DNA from: an uncultured virus (IMG/VR IMGVR_UViG_3300022921_000005)
Taxonomy: Duplodnaviria; Heunggongvirae; Uroviricota; Caudoviricetes
Length of the DNA: 64,000 nucleotides
Reading direction: 5' to 3' (one strand)
Virus record (IMG/VR): IMGVR_UViG_3300022921_000005
Part shown: in pieces, positions 1-10,078 of the stretch
Position numbering within the stretch: position 1 is the first letter of the stretch
Layout of the letters: every line of letters begins with the position of its first letter
Notes under the pieces: generated by a model
Database searches by the model: none
What the model was told of the DNA's origin: nothing
Seen by the model: only the letters and a program-made list of their open reading frames with translations
Position numbers and translations under genes: made by a program

Positions 1-107
1 TCTTTGTCGATACGCTTGGCAAGTTCCATTGTCATGCGCTCAGTGCCACCCATTGATTTCATATTAGTTTCATTGCGAATGAATTCGCCATTAATAATCT
101 CTGCCAT
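1..107 (-). CDS. N-terminus of a probable glycosyltransferase, truncated by window edge
   Basis: Manual translation MAEIINGEFIRNETNMKSMGGTERMTMELAKRIDK; GGTE motif typical of GT4-type N-termini. Confidence 0.45.
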   Translation of the reverse strand, partial: MAEIINGEFIRNETNMKSMGGTERMTMELAKRIDK

Positions 108-120
108 GATAAATCCTTAA

Positions 121-300
121 TTAGCCAGCGTATTCATTCACTGAAATTAGATTACTGTTCTTAACGCGCATCAACTCACCACGACTTCCACGCTTAGATG
201 TGAAATCAAAAGGCTTCAATACCAGCGTGTGCATAGAGCCGCTTGATCCCATGGGATAAACAGTCTGATTCGTCTTTTTGATTTTTGTCACTTTATTCAT
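121..300 (-). CDS. hypothetical protein, 59 aa
   Basis: Manual ORF MNKVTKIKK...NEYAG; ATGA overlap with the glutaredoxin stop. Confidence 0.6.
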   Translation of the reverse strand: MNKVTKIKKTNQTVYPMGSSGSMHTLVLKPFDFTSKRGSRGELMRVKNSNLISVNEYAG

Positions 301-521
301 TGATCTAGATGCTCCTGTAGAGATTTGAAACCGCCGATGACATCGCCATCTTCAGCTAGAATGAAAGGCATTGTTCGTACATCAGGATATTCGTCTAAGA
401 ATTCCTCCCGCGTAATGTCTTCGCCAACCTTGATCACTTTATAATTTTTAGAATTAATATCAAGTAAGCCGATCGCGGCTACACAATAGCCACAATTCTC
501 TTTACTATAAACTGTGTACAT
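297..521 (-). CDS. nrdC: glutaredoxin (NrdC/Grx-like)
   Basis: CGYC active site, TMP and IGGF motifs; downstream of nrdB. Confidence 0.88.
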   Translation of the reverse strand: MYTVYSKENCGYCVAAIGLLDINSKNYKVIKVGEDITREEFLDEYPDVRTMPFILAEDGDVIGGFKSLQEHLDQ

Positions 522-523
522 TT

Positions 524-646
524 TTATTCACCGGTGCCTTTAAACCAACTCACAATCTTATCTTGAAATGCTTTTGCAAATGCTGGCTGAGGAAAGTTCC
601 AACCAATCAATGCGCCCACTGCTACCCAGAAAATCATTTCTAACAT
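524..646 (-). CDS. small membrane protein, 40 aa
   Basis: Manual ORF MLEMIFWVAVGALIGWNFPQPAFAK...; fills gap between genes. Confidence 0.6.
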   Translation of the reverse strand: MLEMIFWVAVGALIGWNFPQPAFAKAFQDKIVSWFKGTGE

Positions 647-649
647 AAC

Positions 650-1078
650 TCACTCCTTTAGTAGATTTCTACCGTTTATTTTTCCACCAACAAAACCATT
701 ATAGTACTCATGCGTCAGGAGAACATCTCTGTCCATCTGTTCTTTCATTTCATAATATGCACATTCTGATTTTGTATTACACAATCTTAACACATATCTT
801 TCGAACTTGTCAAGACCATGTTTCTCTATTTGCTCAAGCAATTCGTTACTTGAGCCCCAATATTTTTTCCAGTCGGACTGTACAGTCTTGATCCTTCTTC
901 TGGTTTTTCCTTTAAGTGGAGGAAGTTTCTTTGTAGACCAGAAAAACTTTTTGCCGATGTATTTCTTATTGTTTACATTGTCAATTATAATGTACACAAA
1001 CCCAGCATATGGTGCTAGAAATTCATCGTCTGGATCAAATATTTTTTCCTCATAATACCACGGATTAGAATACATCAA
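650..1078 (-). CDS. GIY-YIG family endonuclease
   Basis: GFVY...KYIGKK motif and YWGSS. Confidence 0.8.
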   Translation of the reverse strand: MMYSNPWYYEEKIFDPDDEFLAPYAGFVYIIIDNVNNKKYIGKKFFWSTKKLPPLKGKTRRRIKTVQSDWKKYWGSSNELLEQIEKHGLDKFERYVLRLCNTKSECAYYEMKEQMDRDVLLTHEYYNGFVGGKINGRNLLKE

Positions 1079-1245
1079 CTCCAGTCCATGGCCTCATCAA
1101 ACAACGTATCCATGCCGTCATCGATATCACAACTGCATACAGGACAATATTTAACTTCTATTTCTTCATCTTCGAAGTTTGACTGTGTTATTATTATATC
1201 ACATCTTGTTTCGCAAGACATGCATTTGATACTTTTCTTTATCAT
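1075..1245 (-). CDS. small zinc-ribbon protein, 56 aa
   Basis: Manual ORF with CMSC and CPVC and an acidic tail; overlaps both neighbours by 4 nt. Confidence 0.6.
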   Translation of the reverse strand: MIKKSIKCMSCETRCDIIITQSNFEDEEIEVKYCPVCSCDIDDGMDTLFDEAMDWS

Positions 1246-2315
1246 AAAGAAAATCCTTTAAACGTTTCTTCTCCTATATCCTGTACAATACCACCGACAA
1301 TGTATGATGTAATTTCAGTCTCTTGTGGTGCAACTTGAACATTCGCACCGCTAATCCACTTCTCTGTCCAAGGCAGTGGATTACTACCGCCTCGATTTGT
1401 CGATAGACCGACAGCATACATTCTTTTGTTAGCAATCCAGTCTACATATTCTGATAGCAATGCTTCATTCAATCCGATCATTGTACCGTCTTTGAATAGA
1501 TACTTTGCCCATGTCTTTTCTTGTTCTATAACTTCATTGAATATTGCACGAACTTCTTCCTGACATTCTTCTGCAATCTTCTCAAAATCTTTATCTTCGC
1601 GTGGTAGAATTTTAAGCAATTGCTGTGTCGATGCTAGGTGTACATTCTCATCACGCGCAATAAACTTAATGATCTTAGCATTGCCTTCCATCTTCTTTAA
1701 CTCAGCGAATGCCCATGAACACGCAAAGGACACATAGAAGCGAATGCCTTCAAGAGCATTTACAGCATTCAGACAGCGCCACAAAGCCTTCTTGTGTGCG
1801 TAAGTGCCATACTTCTCTCTATTATCGGTGAGAGTGATAAGATTGTCGTAATGTTTAGAAATAGAATTAGCACAGTCTACAATTTCTTTTAGATCCAACA
1901 TCTCATCAAACACCTTAGATGGATCACTGTAGATGTTTCGAATGATGTGAGTGTATGACCGTGAGTGAATCGTTTCACTGAATGACCATGTAAGAATCCA
2001 GTTCTCTAATTCTGGCAATGAACAGATTGGCAACAATGCTTCGACTGGCGCTCGGCCTTGAACAGAGTCAAGAAGAATCTGTCGCTTTAGATTGCTAGTG
2101 AAAATGTGTTGCTCGTGATCAGTCAGTGCTTTGAAATCTTTACTATCACGACTGATATCAACTTCTTCTGGTCGCCAAAAGAATCCCAACTGCTTATCAG
2201 TTAATTTCTCAAAAATATTATATTTCTGTTTATCGTATCGTGCGATGTTGACAGGTGCACCAAAAAATGCTGGCTGTGTTGTGCTATCTATTTTTCGAGG
2301 ATTAAATACAGACAT
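1242..2315 (-). CDS. nrdB: ribonucleotide reductase class Ia beta subunit
   Basis: FFWRPEE, ETIHSRSY, LEGIRFYVSF, RDENVH, VAPQETEITSY motifs. Confidence 0.97.
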   Translation of the reverse strand: MSVFNPRKIDSTTQPAFFGAPVNIARYDKQKYNIFEKLTDKQLGFFWRPEEVDISRDSKDFKALTDHEQHIFTSNLKRQILLDSVQGRAPVEALLPICSLPELENWILTWSFSETIHSRSYTHIIRNIYSDPSKVFDEMLDLKEIVDCANSISKHYDNLITLTDNREKYGTYAHKKALWRCLNAVNALEGIRFYVSFACSWAFAELKKMEGNAKIIKFIARDENVHLASTQQLLKILPREDKDFEKIAEECQEEVRAIFNEVIEQEKTWAKYLFKDGTMIGLNEALLSEYVDWIANKRMYAVGLSTNRGGSNPLPWTEKWISGANVQVAPQETEITSYIVGGIVQDIGEETFKGFSL

Positions 2316-2324
2316 CGTTATCTC

Positions 2325-3041
2325 TTATGCGTTAATAGGATAAATTTGTGAAATGACCTTAGCGCATTCTTTTGCAATAGCCATATGCTCTTTCTGTGTA
2401 CCATTTTCTTTACGTAATTCTATGTAGTGTATCCAAGATCGTAGCGTTCCATTCACGTACATGCGGGATTTAGTATTACCCTCTGGTAAAACACATCGTG
2501 CTTGCTCTTTTGCAATTCCATTCGCTAATGCCCATTTATATGCTTTCGATGCGATATTCATAACCTCTGTTTGTTTCTCATACCATTGTCTTGCTAACAT
2601 CTCTTCACTTGTACTGTCAACTCCTTCGCCGCCTTTTCCTACGTTTTCTAGATTCAACTCAATGCTGTTTTGTCGATTCTTTGGATCTTGAAGTCTTGCT
2701 TCACGATGCTCGAACATATTTCCGAGATCAGATACATCCGCATACCTCTGACTAAATTCTTGAAAAGAAAAACTGCGGTGTCGTAGAATCTGTCGTGCGA
2801 TGTCGCGTGTGGTTTCAATCTCCAAACACACACTGACCATCTCGAAAGGTGACCAGTGTTTATGTTTGATGAGATAATTTAGAAGTCTGTCGTTAGTTTC
2901 GACATTTATCTGATTGCTAGGGTTACTCACTCGCGCACAATATGCTACAAGATTTTCTATGTCTTTATCTCGTTGGGCATTTGTGGTAACAGGCAAAATA
3001 CTAGCGTCACATGTACTGTGACTAATCAAAGTTACTTTCAT
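2325..3041 (-). CDS. thyX: FAD-dependent thymidylate synthase
   Basis: HWSPFE and RHRSFSFQEFSQRY ThyX signature. Confidence 0.96.
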   Translation of the reverse strand: MKVTLISHSTCDASILPVTTNAQRDKDIENLVAYCARVSNPSNQINVETNDRLLNYLIKHKHWSPFEMVSVCLEIETTRDIARQILRHRSFSFQEFSQRYADVSDLGNMFEHREARLQDPKNRQNSIELNLENVGKGGEGVDSTSEEMLARQWYEKQTEVMNIASKAYKWALANGIAKEQARCVLPEGNTKSRMYVNGTLRSWIHYIELRKENGTQKEHMAIAKECAKVISQIYPINA

Positions 3042-3052
3042 AATATATTCCT

Positions 3053-3640
3053 TTACTGAAGCGTTACTAGAATACTCGCTTGTCTGTTTGCAAAAACTCT
3101 GTTAACTTTAAATGCGGTTCCAGATATAATTGAATGCCTGGGCAAAACTTGACTACTTAATTCTTCAATCTCATTAGTCAATGTTGTTTTGGCTATACTA
3201 CCAGTTTGTGTTTCAACACCATTAATAGTCACGTTAATAACTTCTGTATCAAGCGTTAAATCTTCTTGACCAACTGTTCCATATTCGATAGCATTAGATA
3301 CAGTATCTAGATCAAAAGAAAAAAGCATACAACTAGAATTAACAAATAAATTTGTTGTATGGCTAGGGACGTCGGGTGAAATTATCATGAACATTCCGAG
3401 TACTGCCTGAAAATCATATGCTCCAGCAATATTTTGAGCATGATTCAACATAAGTGAATGTCCTGGATTATTAGGAGTTATAACTGAAACTCTACCATAC
3501 TCAAATTCGGACTTTGATTCAATATAAAGTGGTGTCAAACTATTAAACGGCACATCACCGAACATCAAGTCAGATGTCATCATTGATACGTTAGTATCAA
3601 TGTCTGGATGTGTTGTAAGATCGATTACCGAAAGACTCAT
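3053..3640 (-). CDS. hypothetical late protein
   Basis: 195-aa ORF with GGAG RBS, preceded by TATAAATA at 3670-3677. Confidence 0.6.
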   Translation of the reverse strand: MSLSVIDLTTHPDIDTNVSMMTSDLMFGDVPFNSLTPLYIESKSEFEYGRVSVITPNNPGHSLMLNHAQNIAGAYDFQAVLGMFMIISPDVPSHTTNLFVNSSCMLFSFDLDTVSNAIEYGTVGQEDLTLDTEVINVTINGVETQTGSIAKTTLTNEIEELSSQVLPRHSIISGTAFKVNRVFANRQASILVTLQ

Positions 3641-3669
3641 TTTGTTTCTCCAAAAATTAGATTGCTAGA

Positions 3670-3677
3670 TATTTATA
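3670..3677 (-). promoter_or_regulatory. T4-type late promoter TATAAATA
   Basis: Exact consensus in intergenic gap. Confidence 0.7.
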
Positions 3678-3680
3678 ATC

Positions 3681-5963
3681 TTAAATTTTGCACGATTCAC
3701 AATCATCTTGAGAGTCAGTGCTAGACAGTGGCGTAGTAGTTTTATCTTCAACTTCACCTGCACCATCATAAGTGTTATTGTAGTACAACTGCTTTCCACC
3801 GTATTTGTAGAAGTTAAGAATATCTTTAATCAGTACACTCAATGGAATTTTTTCATCTTGATAATGTAATGGATTATAGGATGTATTGACAGAAATACCT
3901 TGATCGATAAACTTCTGCAATACAGCCATGATCTTCAAGTAACCATCAGGCGACTTATGATCCCATAGCAAATCATACTTGTTCTTGAGACGCTGAAACT
4001 CAGGAACGACTTGCTTTAATATGCCATCTTTCGATTGTTTCACAGACACGAGCGAACGCGGCGGTTCAATGCCGTTTGTACTGTTACTGATCTGCGCTGA
4101 AGTTTCAGCAGGCATTAGAGCCATCAATGTCGAGTTTCGAATGCCGTACTCTAACAGATCAAGCCTAAGTGCTTCCCAGTTCATATTATACACAGGCTTG
4201 ACTAGTTCGTCAACGTCTTTCTTGTATGTATCGATAGGAAGAATACCTTTGCTGTACTTTGTTTCTTCTGATTTCAGACAAGCGCCTTTCTCTTTGGCAA
4301 GATCAACAGACGCTTTGATCAAGTAGTACGACCATGCTTCGGTATATTGATGAATCATTTCAAGATTTGGATCTTGATAAGTTGTGCCATTCTTTGCAAG
4401 CCAGTATGCAAAATTAATGATGCCTACGCCAAGCGGTCTACGATTCATTGTGCTGATCTGTGCCGCAAGTACAGGATAATCTTGATAGTCGAGCAATGCA
4501 TCAAGACAGCGAACAGCGAGCATACATGGCTTCTCGAAATCTTCTACTCTGCGAATCTTACCCCAATTGATTGCCGCGAGTGTGCATAGACTAATCTCGC
4601 CTTCTTCATCCGAAATATTATCCAGCGGCTTTGTAGGTAGATTAATTTCACAGCATAGATTGCTTTGCTTGATAGGTGCTACTGTAGGATCAAATGAAGA
4701 ATGATCATTCGCGTTATCAACATTCATCAAATAGATACGACCAGTATCTTTACGCTCTTGAACGAATGCACTGAATAACTCAACAGCTTTCACAGTCTTT
4801 TTACGAATCGAATAGGCGCGCTCATATTTCTCATAGAGTTCACGGAACTTGTCATTGTCAGTAAAGAAAGCCTCATATAGATCAGGCACATCGCCAGGTG
4901 AGAACAGAGTGATATCACCACCAGAAAGCAGACGCTCATACATTACTTTGTTGAACTGTACGCCGTAATCTAGATGGCGAACACGGTTCTCTTCGGTACC
5001 CTTATTGTTTTTCAATACGAGTAGATCGTCTACTTCGTAGTGCCAGATCGGATAGTAGAGAGTCGCCGCGCCACCTCTGACACCGCCCTGTGAACAGGAC
5101 TTAACAGAACTCTGGAACAGTTTATAAAAAGGGATAACGCCAGTGTGAGAAGTGTCACCGTTCCTAATAGGAGAACCAACAGCACGGATGCGACCGGCAC
5201 CGATGCCGATACCAGCTTTTTGAGAAACGTATTTAACAATTGCCGAAGATGTTGCATTGATAGAGTCCAGTGAATCGTCCGTCTCGATAAGTACGCAAGA
5301 CGAAAATTGTCGTTGAGGCGTTCGTACTCCCGCCATGATAGGTGTTGGTAGACTGATATAGAAAAGACTCAGAGAATCGTAAAGGTCTTTTACGTATTTT
5401 ATACGTATGCTCTTCTCATACTTGCAGAACAACGTCATCGCAATACACATGTAAGCAATCTGCGGTGTCTCAAAGATTTCACCAGTAACACGATTCTTTA
5501 CAAGATATTTGCCACGCATCTGCTCCATTGCCGCATACGTGAGATTGAAATCGCGGTCATGATTGATATGGCCATCCAGTTCAATAAATTCTTCTTTAGA
5601 ATAAAATTCTAGAAGATTGCTATCATAGTATCCAGTGCTAACATTTCTAGACACAATATTGTGAAGCGATAGTGGATTGAAGTTGTCATAGACTTCTTTG
5701 CGCAATGCATAATTGACAAGACGACCAGCGACATATTGATAGTTTGGCGATTCTTCTGAAATCAAATCAGACGCCGCTCGAATCAATGTCTCTTGAATGT
5801 CTTTAGTCTTAATGTTGTTATACACTTGCAGGTGTGTTTTAATTTCCAACTCAGAAGCAGAAACACCCGCTAGGTCTTCACACGCAAATTGTGCTACTCT
5901 GTGAAACTTGTCCAGATCAAGTTCTTCACGCTTACCGTTTCTTTTAATTACCTGTATATTCAT
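3681..5963 (-). CDS. nrdA: ribonucleotide reductase class Ia alpha subunit
   Basis: N-terminal ATP cone, QFSSC, SNLCCEI, MPAETS, C-terminal CESCKI. Confidence 0.98.
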   Translation of the reverse strand: MNIQVIKRNGKREELDLDKFHRVAQFACEDLAGVSASELEIKTHLQVYNNIKTKDIQETLIRAASDLISEESPNYQYVAGRLVNYALRKEVYDNFNPLSLHNIVSRNVSTGYYDSNLLEFYSKEEFIELDGHINHDRDFNLTYAAMEQMRGKYLVKNRVTGEIFETPQIAYMCIAMTLFCKYEKSIRIKYVKDLYDSLSLFYISLPTPIMAGVRTPQRQFSSCVLIETDDSLDSINATSSAIVKYVSQKAGIGIGAGRIRAVGSPIRNGDTSHTGVIPFYKLFQSSVKSCSQGGVRGGAATLYYPIWHYEVDDLLVLKNNKGTEENRVRHLDYGVQFNKVMYERLLSGGDITLFSPGDVPDLYEAFFTDNDKFRELYEKYERAYSIRKKTVKAVELFSAFVQERKDTGRIYLMNVDNANDHSSFDPTVAPIKQSNLCCEINLPTKPLDNISDEEGEISLCTLAAINWGKIRRVEDFEKPCMLAVRCLDALLDYQDYPVLAAQISTMNRRPLGVGIINFAYWLAKNGTTYQDPNLEMIHQYTEAWSYYLIKASVDLAKEKGACLKSEETKYSKGILPIDTYKKDVDELVKPVYNMNWEALRLDLLEYGIRNSTLMALMPAETSAQISNSTNGIEPPRSLVSVKQSKDGILKQVVPEFQRLKNKYDLLWDHKSPDGYLKIMAVLQKFIDQGISVNTSYNPLHYQDEKIPLSVLIKDILNFYKYGGKQLYYNNTYDGAGEVEDKTTTPLSSTDSQDDCESCKI

Positions 5964-6175
5964 AGTTCTTCATCTTCTTCCGTATCTATTTTTAAATCAA
6001 CCTTGAACTGCATTCCATATAATTCGTGGAGTTTTACTAATATCGCGCTGATACCACTTTCAGCGCCGTCGGCAAAGCCATCGTTTGCGCCTCTAGCATA
6101 ACCTATTGATGATCCTATTGCATATGATATGACTATTACAGCAAGACTGATAAACGTATGTTCGAGTGAATCCAT
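5960..6175 (-). CDS. small membrane protein
   Basis: Hydrophobic N-terminal helix; coupled to nrdA. Confidence 0.55.
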   Translation of the reverse strand: MDSLEHTFISLAVIVISYAIGSSIGYARGANDGFADGAESGISAILVKLHELYGMQFKVDLKIDTEEDEEL

Positions 6176-6385
6176 TTACACCTCATCTTTGAAAGCTCCA
6201 TATTTCAAGACGAAGTTTTCAGCTAAGTCTTCAGCATAACACAAAGAGTGGTCTGTAATCAACTCTGTTTTCCAAAGTTTATCATTATTGTACATAGCGA
6301 CTGCCCAGTGATACTCATCTTGGTATATGATTGCTTTTCTTTTATTTTCTTTAGAAAAAAATTCTGTTACTAGTTTCATAATCAA
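6176..6385 (-). CDS. hypothetical protein
   Basis: Tightly packed ORF. Confidence 0.55.
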   Translation of the reverse strand: MIMKLVTEFFSKENKRKAIIYQDEYHWAVAMYNNDKLWKTELITDHSLCYAEDLAENFVLKYGAFKDEV

Positions 6386-7053
6386 TCAACTCCTTTTTCT
6401 TCACGGGTGAAGTTGTAGTAGCACCATTGAACAAGGACTAATCTTCTGCCTGTTCTTAGTTGAGTTACACCATGTTGCGCTCTATTGCCATATGATATAG
6501 TTTCATTAACATTCAGTTTAGCAACTGACGGCATCATTGTCAACTTTACAGCCTTGTCAGTCTTAGACATTTTTGACCATTCAGCTTGACTTACCACCAT
6601 GTTTTCGCGTGTTTCTTTTTTAGGAATCCATGCTCCGCCATAAGTAATTACTTCGCCGCCGACTGTTCCATCTTCAATGTCGAGTAACGTAACTAAAGTC
6701 AACTCTGAAAGATTATCTTCATGTACTTTGGCGAAAGAACCTTCTGTGTACTCTAGTATGTAGTGTGTCATATCTTTAAGACCATATTTTTCTTTGAAGT
6801 CTTTAAAATATTTTTCACACTTATCATCGCTGTGTGTATGATATCTCCTAGTTTGAAATAAGTTATACATGCGATAATCATCACGAAATTTCATGTTCTT
6901 ATAATTTTCTCTCAGATAATCCAGAAACTCTAGATCATGAACTATTCCATGTCTATTGTATCCGTCTTTCTGTAGAAAACACTTATCAAGAAAGTCTTGA
7001 TTAAAAGGAGTTGGAAATTTCTTTATGGGTATGTCGATCATGCTCTCTTCCAA
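6382..7053 (-). CDS. 2OG-Fe(II) oxygenase
   Basis: HxD (HED), GGE, HGV and RxxLVxW motifs. Confidence 0.75.
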   Translation of the reverse strand: MEESMIDIPIKKFPTPFNQDFLDKCFLQKDGYNRHGIVHDLEFLDYLRENYKNMKFRDDYRMYNLFQTRRYHTHSDDKCEKYFKDFKEKYGLKDMTHYILEYTEGSFAKVHEDNLSELTLVTLLDIEDGTVGGEVITYGGAWIPKKETRENMVVSQAEWSKMSKTDKAVKLTMMPSVAKLNVNETISYGNRAQHGVTQLRTGRRLVLVQWCYYNFTREEKGVD

Positions 7054-8051
7054 ACAGTATAGCAGAGTTTTGCTTCTAGACCAGAAGAGATATTATCGAA
7101 TAAGAGCTTGTTAACATCAGTCACTTCTTTTCTTTGTATCATCAAATTCAAGTCTTTTGATTTTATGTTCTCTGGCCAAATGCACACTTTGTGGTTCATA
7201 TCACACACTTTCTGTATTTTAGCACAGGTTTCTTTTGAGCGTGGTTCATTGTCATATACAAAAACAGAATTTTCATTCACATAATTCCAGTCGATTGAAC
7301 CACCAGCCATAGCGAGCGAGTTCTCAGCAAACATCGCATCGATTGGCCCTTCAAATATATAGTGTATTTTATTTCGATCACATGCGTCCAGATTAAAAAT
7401 CTTCGGCTTACTAGTATCTAGCATGATTGTGATATAGCGAATCGAGTTATCAGAGAATGCTCTGCCTTGAAAGCCAAACAAATTCTTCTCTTCATCGAGA
7501 AATGGTATGATCAATCTTGGTTCATCATTTGCTTCACTCTCGAACTTATTAGGTAACACTGAGTTGACAAACTTCTTGAACTTAGGCGCATAGAATAGTT
7601 TAGAATGATATGCATTTGGTATGAGTCGTTCTGACACATACTTTTTAGCAGGATGATCCCAATTCAGTTGTGAGATTTTCTTGAGTGAGTTAAGAGCAGT
7701 TGCCTTAATAAAAGTTGGCTTCTTCATTTTGTCTGCGAATACTTCAACGTCAGTCTTGACGCGAGTACCACCTTTCAATGCCATCTTTTCCATGACATAT
7801 TCTTTGAATAAAGTTTTGTCAACAGACTCTAGAAATTTGTCTATGCCTAGTGTAATATTACAGTTATGACAATGATAGAGATAGCCACCGTGATCTTTCT
7901 CGAAGAAGAATCCACGTGCTTTGCTTTTGTTCTTTTGAGAGTCACCACAGAAAGGGCAACGGAAGTTATAGAGTTTCTGATTTACTGTCTTGAATTTCTC
8001 AAGACGAGACGAAATCATGCCAATGTATTTCTTATCAAGCCACATAAACAT
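7038..8051 (-). CDS. 61: DNA primase (T4 gp61-like)
   Basis: CPFCGDS zinc finger, CHNC, FQGR, EGPID TOPRIM, DNEPR. Confidence 0.96.
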   Translation of the reverse strand: MFMWLDKKYIGMISSRLEKFKTVNQKLYNFRCPFCGDSQKNKSKARGFFFEKDHGGYLYHCHNCNITLGIDKFLESVDKTLFKEYVMEKMALKGGTRVKTDVEVFADKMKKPTFIKATALNSLKKISQLNWDHPAKKYVSERLIPNAYHSKLFYAPKFKKFVNSVLPNKFESEANDEPRLIIPFLDEEKNLFGFQGRAFSDNSIRYITIMLDTSKPKIFNLDACDRNKIHYIFEGPIDAMFAENSLAMAGGSIDWNYVNENSVFVYDNEPRSKETCAKIQKVCDMNHKVCIWPENIKSKDLNLMIQRKEVTDVNKLLFDNISSGLEAKLCYTVWKRA

Positions 8052-8079
8052 TACCTAAGAATTGATTGATTACACTGAG

Positions 8080-8108
8080 ATTATACCAAATCTCCTATGG
8101 CTTGTCAA
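8080..8108 (-). promoter_or_regulatory. sigma70 promoter for primase
   Basis: TTGACA-17 nt-TATAAT, perfect consensus. Confidence 0.85.
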
Positions 8109-8426
8109 TCAATTTTGGAAGAAATGTGAGGCTAATGCGGCACCCGCAACTGATACTGCAATCCAGTACAGTTTTGTAAAGATTGCTAGTGATTTTTCTG
8201 AAGAAATAAGCCTCTGCTCGATGTCATCCAGCTTAATAGAGTGCGCATTCATACGCTCATATTGCGCAAAATTATTTTTTTCGATGGCAATTAGTTTCTC
8301 TTCAGCACGAGCGAGTGAAATCATCGCGTCACTTAGCTGATCTATCTTCTTCTCTATTCTATCGAGACGCTTATCGTCCATTGCTCTTCTGAATGACGAT
8401 TCGACTGGTGAATTATTGGCTGACAT
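8109..8426 (-). CDS. coiled-coil protein with C-terminal TM helix (XhlA/holin-like)
   Basis: Heptad-rich body, one C-terminal hydrophobic segment, next to spanins. Confidence 0.45.
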   Translation of the reverse strand: MSANNSPVESSFRRAMDDKRLDRIEKKIDQLSDAMISLARAEEKLIAIEKNNFAQYERMNAHSIKLDDIEQRLISSEKSLAIFTKLYWIAVSVAGAALASHFFQN

Positions 8427-8865
8427 TTTTTCCTATTCCTAGTGTATTTTTGAATGAAGTTATTGGTCCTTCCTGGACTACTTCCGAGGTTGTCTCTGGA
8501 AGTTCCTCTTTATTTCTAATACTATCTTCATAATACACTATTAAGGCTTTTTGCTGATCAATATATCTCTTCAATTCACTGACATTCAGCGACAGATTTT
8601 CATAGTCTGGTACACTTATTGCAAAAAATACCACTTCACCATGTACATCTTCATATTTGATTAAAAATTCTTCAAGATTTTCTTTTGTTACAGCATAAAG
8701 TTTTACATCATACAGATTGACGCCTTTCGGTCTGCTCTGTATTGGTATCTCTTTCTCTACGTATTGTGTCTTTACAACAACAGTTTCAAGACTCGAACAC
8801 GCAGATAAAACACTACTGAGAAGTATCAGATTCCAAATCTTCAAATATTTTTTTAGTTGCATCAT
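8413..8865 (-). CDS. o-spanin-like lipoprotein
   Basis: Lipobox LSAC; overlaps 3' end of upstream i-spanin-like gene. Confidence 0.7.
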   Translation of the reverse strand: MMQLKKYLKIWNLILLSSVLSACSSLETVVVKTQYVEKEIPIQSRPKGVNLYDVKLYAVTKENLEEFLIKYEDVHGEVVFFAISVPDYENLSLNVSELKRYIDQQKALIVYYEDSIRNKEELPETTSEVVQEGPITSFKNTLGIGKNVSQ

Positions 8866-9190
8866 TAACTCTTCTTTCTATTAGTCCTGGCTTCTCTAGT
8901 GTGAGTCTCGTTAAGTCGTGTCTTCTTAACTTATCTTGCAATTCACTTCTATATGTCTCAGATTTATTTAGCTCTGCTTGTAACGCTGTCAAATTTCTTC
9001 TTATCTCAGAATAATTTTGTTGTACTTGATCCAGCGTATCAGTACATTCTTGTGCCGCTAATTCTAACGCTAAATTCTTTTTCGTAAGTGTTGCAATTCT
9101 GCTCTGTGTATCTGTATAATAATAGTACGCACCACCAACAATACCACTTAACAATAACAGAATGAAACCTAATACATATAATCTAGCCAC
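8813..9190 (-). CDS. i-spanin-like protein
   Basis: N-terminal TM, long coiled coil, KPGLIE motif as in T4-like pseT.3 spanins. Confidence 0.72.
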   Translation of the reverse strand: MARLYVLGFILLLLSGIVGGAYYYYTDTQSRIATLTKKNLALELAAQECTDTLDQVQQNYSEIRRNLTALQAELNKSETYRSELQDKLRRHDLTRLTLEKPGLIERRVNDATKKIFEDLESDTSQ

Positions 9191-9689
9191 GTACCTGCCT
9201 TTTCCTCACACCATTCACTTCGATGTAGTGTCTAGTCAGCGGCTTTGTCTTTCTCTTCTTTTTAATTCCTGGCTCACCGTCATCGCCTACACCAATGCCA
9301 GCGACTGAGCCACTGCCTGCTATATTTGTTGGTACTTCTTCCATGAGCATATCAACATGATTCATATAATCATGCAGACATTCTTCCAGATAATCTAAAT
9401 CATCTGGATCTAAATTCTCTTCTCTCAACAGAAGCAGTGCCGCGGCAAACGATGCAATTCTTGTTTTACCGCCAGGAATCTTGCCTAGCAGTTTTTTAAG
9501 ATTCGCGAGAAGTCTATCGTAATAGCCCCATGATCTGTCTTGTTCTGTTGTTCTTTCATCTTTAGGCAAAATTACTTTACCATCAGCATCAATTACACCT
9601 AGCTTATAAGCGTCCCAGTTTTTAAATGGTGACACCAGCCTCTTTAGAAACTGGTAGATGTTGAATATGTCAATAACGCCTTTAGCCAT
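9183..9689 (-). CDS. conserved T4-like protein (gp61.1-like)
   Basis: YQFLKRLVSPFKNWDAYKLGVIDADG motif; position upstream of primase. Confidence 0.65.
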   Translation of the reverse strand: MAKGVIDIFNIYQFLKRLVSPFKNWDAYKLGVIDADGKVILPKDERTTEQDRSWGYYDRLLANLKKLLGKIPGGKTRIASFAAALLLLREENLDPDDLDYLEECLHDYMNHVDMLMEEVPTNIAGSGSVAGIGVGDDGEPGIKKKRKTKPLTRHYIEVNGVRKRQVRG

Positions 9690-10078
9690 TATAGTTCCCT
9701 TAGTCTGTTTGCAATGAACAAATCGACTGATATCTCTGAGCTTATTATGTCGCCGTGTGCATCTAAAGCGTCAATCTTGTCTGGCATTTTACCTAAAAAT
9801 ATTAAGAACGTTTTTAAGTGTGGCCAGTGACATTCGTTCACTCTAAAGAAAAGCATTCTTGTTAATGCTTTCGTTTCAAATACATTATACAGTGTCAATA
9901 TATGATTCAATATCAATCTTTCTTTTAAGTCTTTGTTCTCAGTATAACGCGAGAACAATCTTTTTATATACTTAAATCGATTCAAATCTTCATTGAATTC
10001 ATCGATATCATACTTCACATTATTAGTATAGTTAGCGGCGGCATATAACAAAAAATTATTCTCATTCAGTATTTTCAT
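9689..10078 (-). CDS. conserved T4-like hypothetical protein
   Basis: LNENNFLLYA...EFxEDLxRFKYIKRL...ERLILNH family motif recalled from marine T4-like phages. Confidence 0.6.
   Translation of the reverse strand: MKILNENNFLLYAAANYTNNVKYDIDEFNEDLNRFKYIKRLFSRYTENKDLKERLILNHILTLYNVFETKALTRMLFFRVNECHWPHLKTFLIFLGKMPDKIDALDAHGDIISSEISVDLFIANRLREL

Noticed and set aside
650..1078. Mobile homing endonuclease
   Set aside because: Catalytic domain only, with no DNA-binding tail or intron context; more like a resident nuclease
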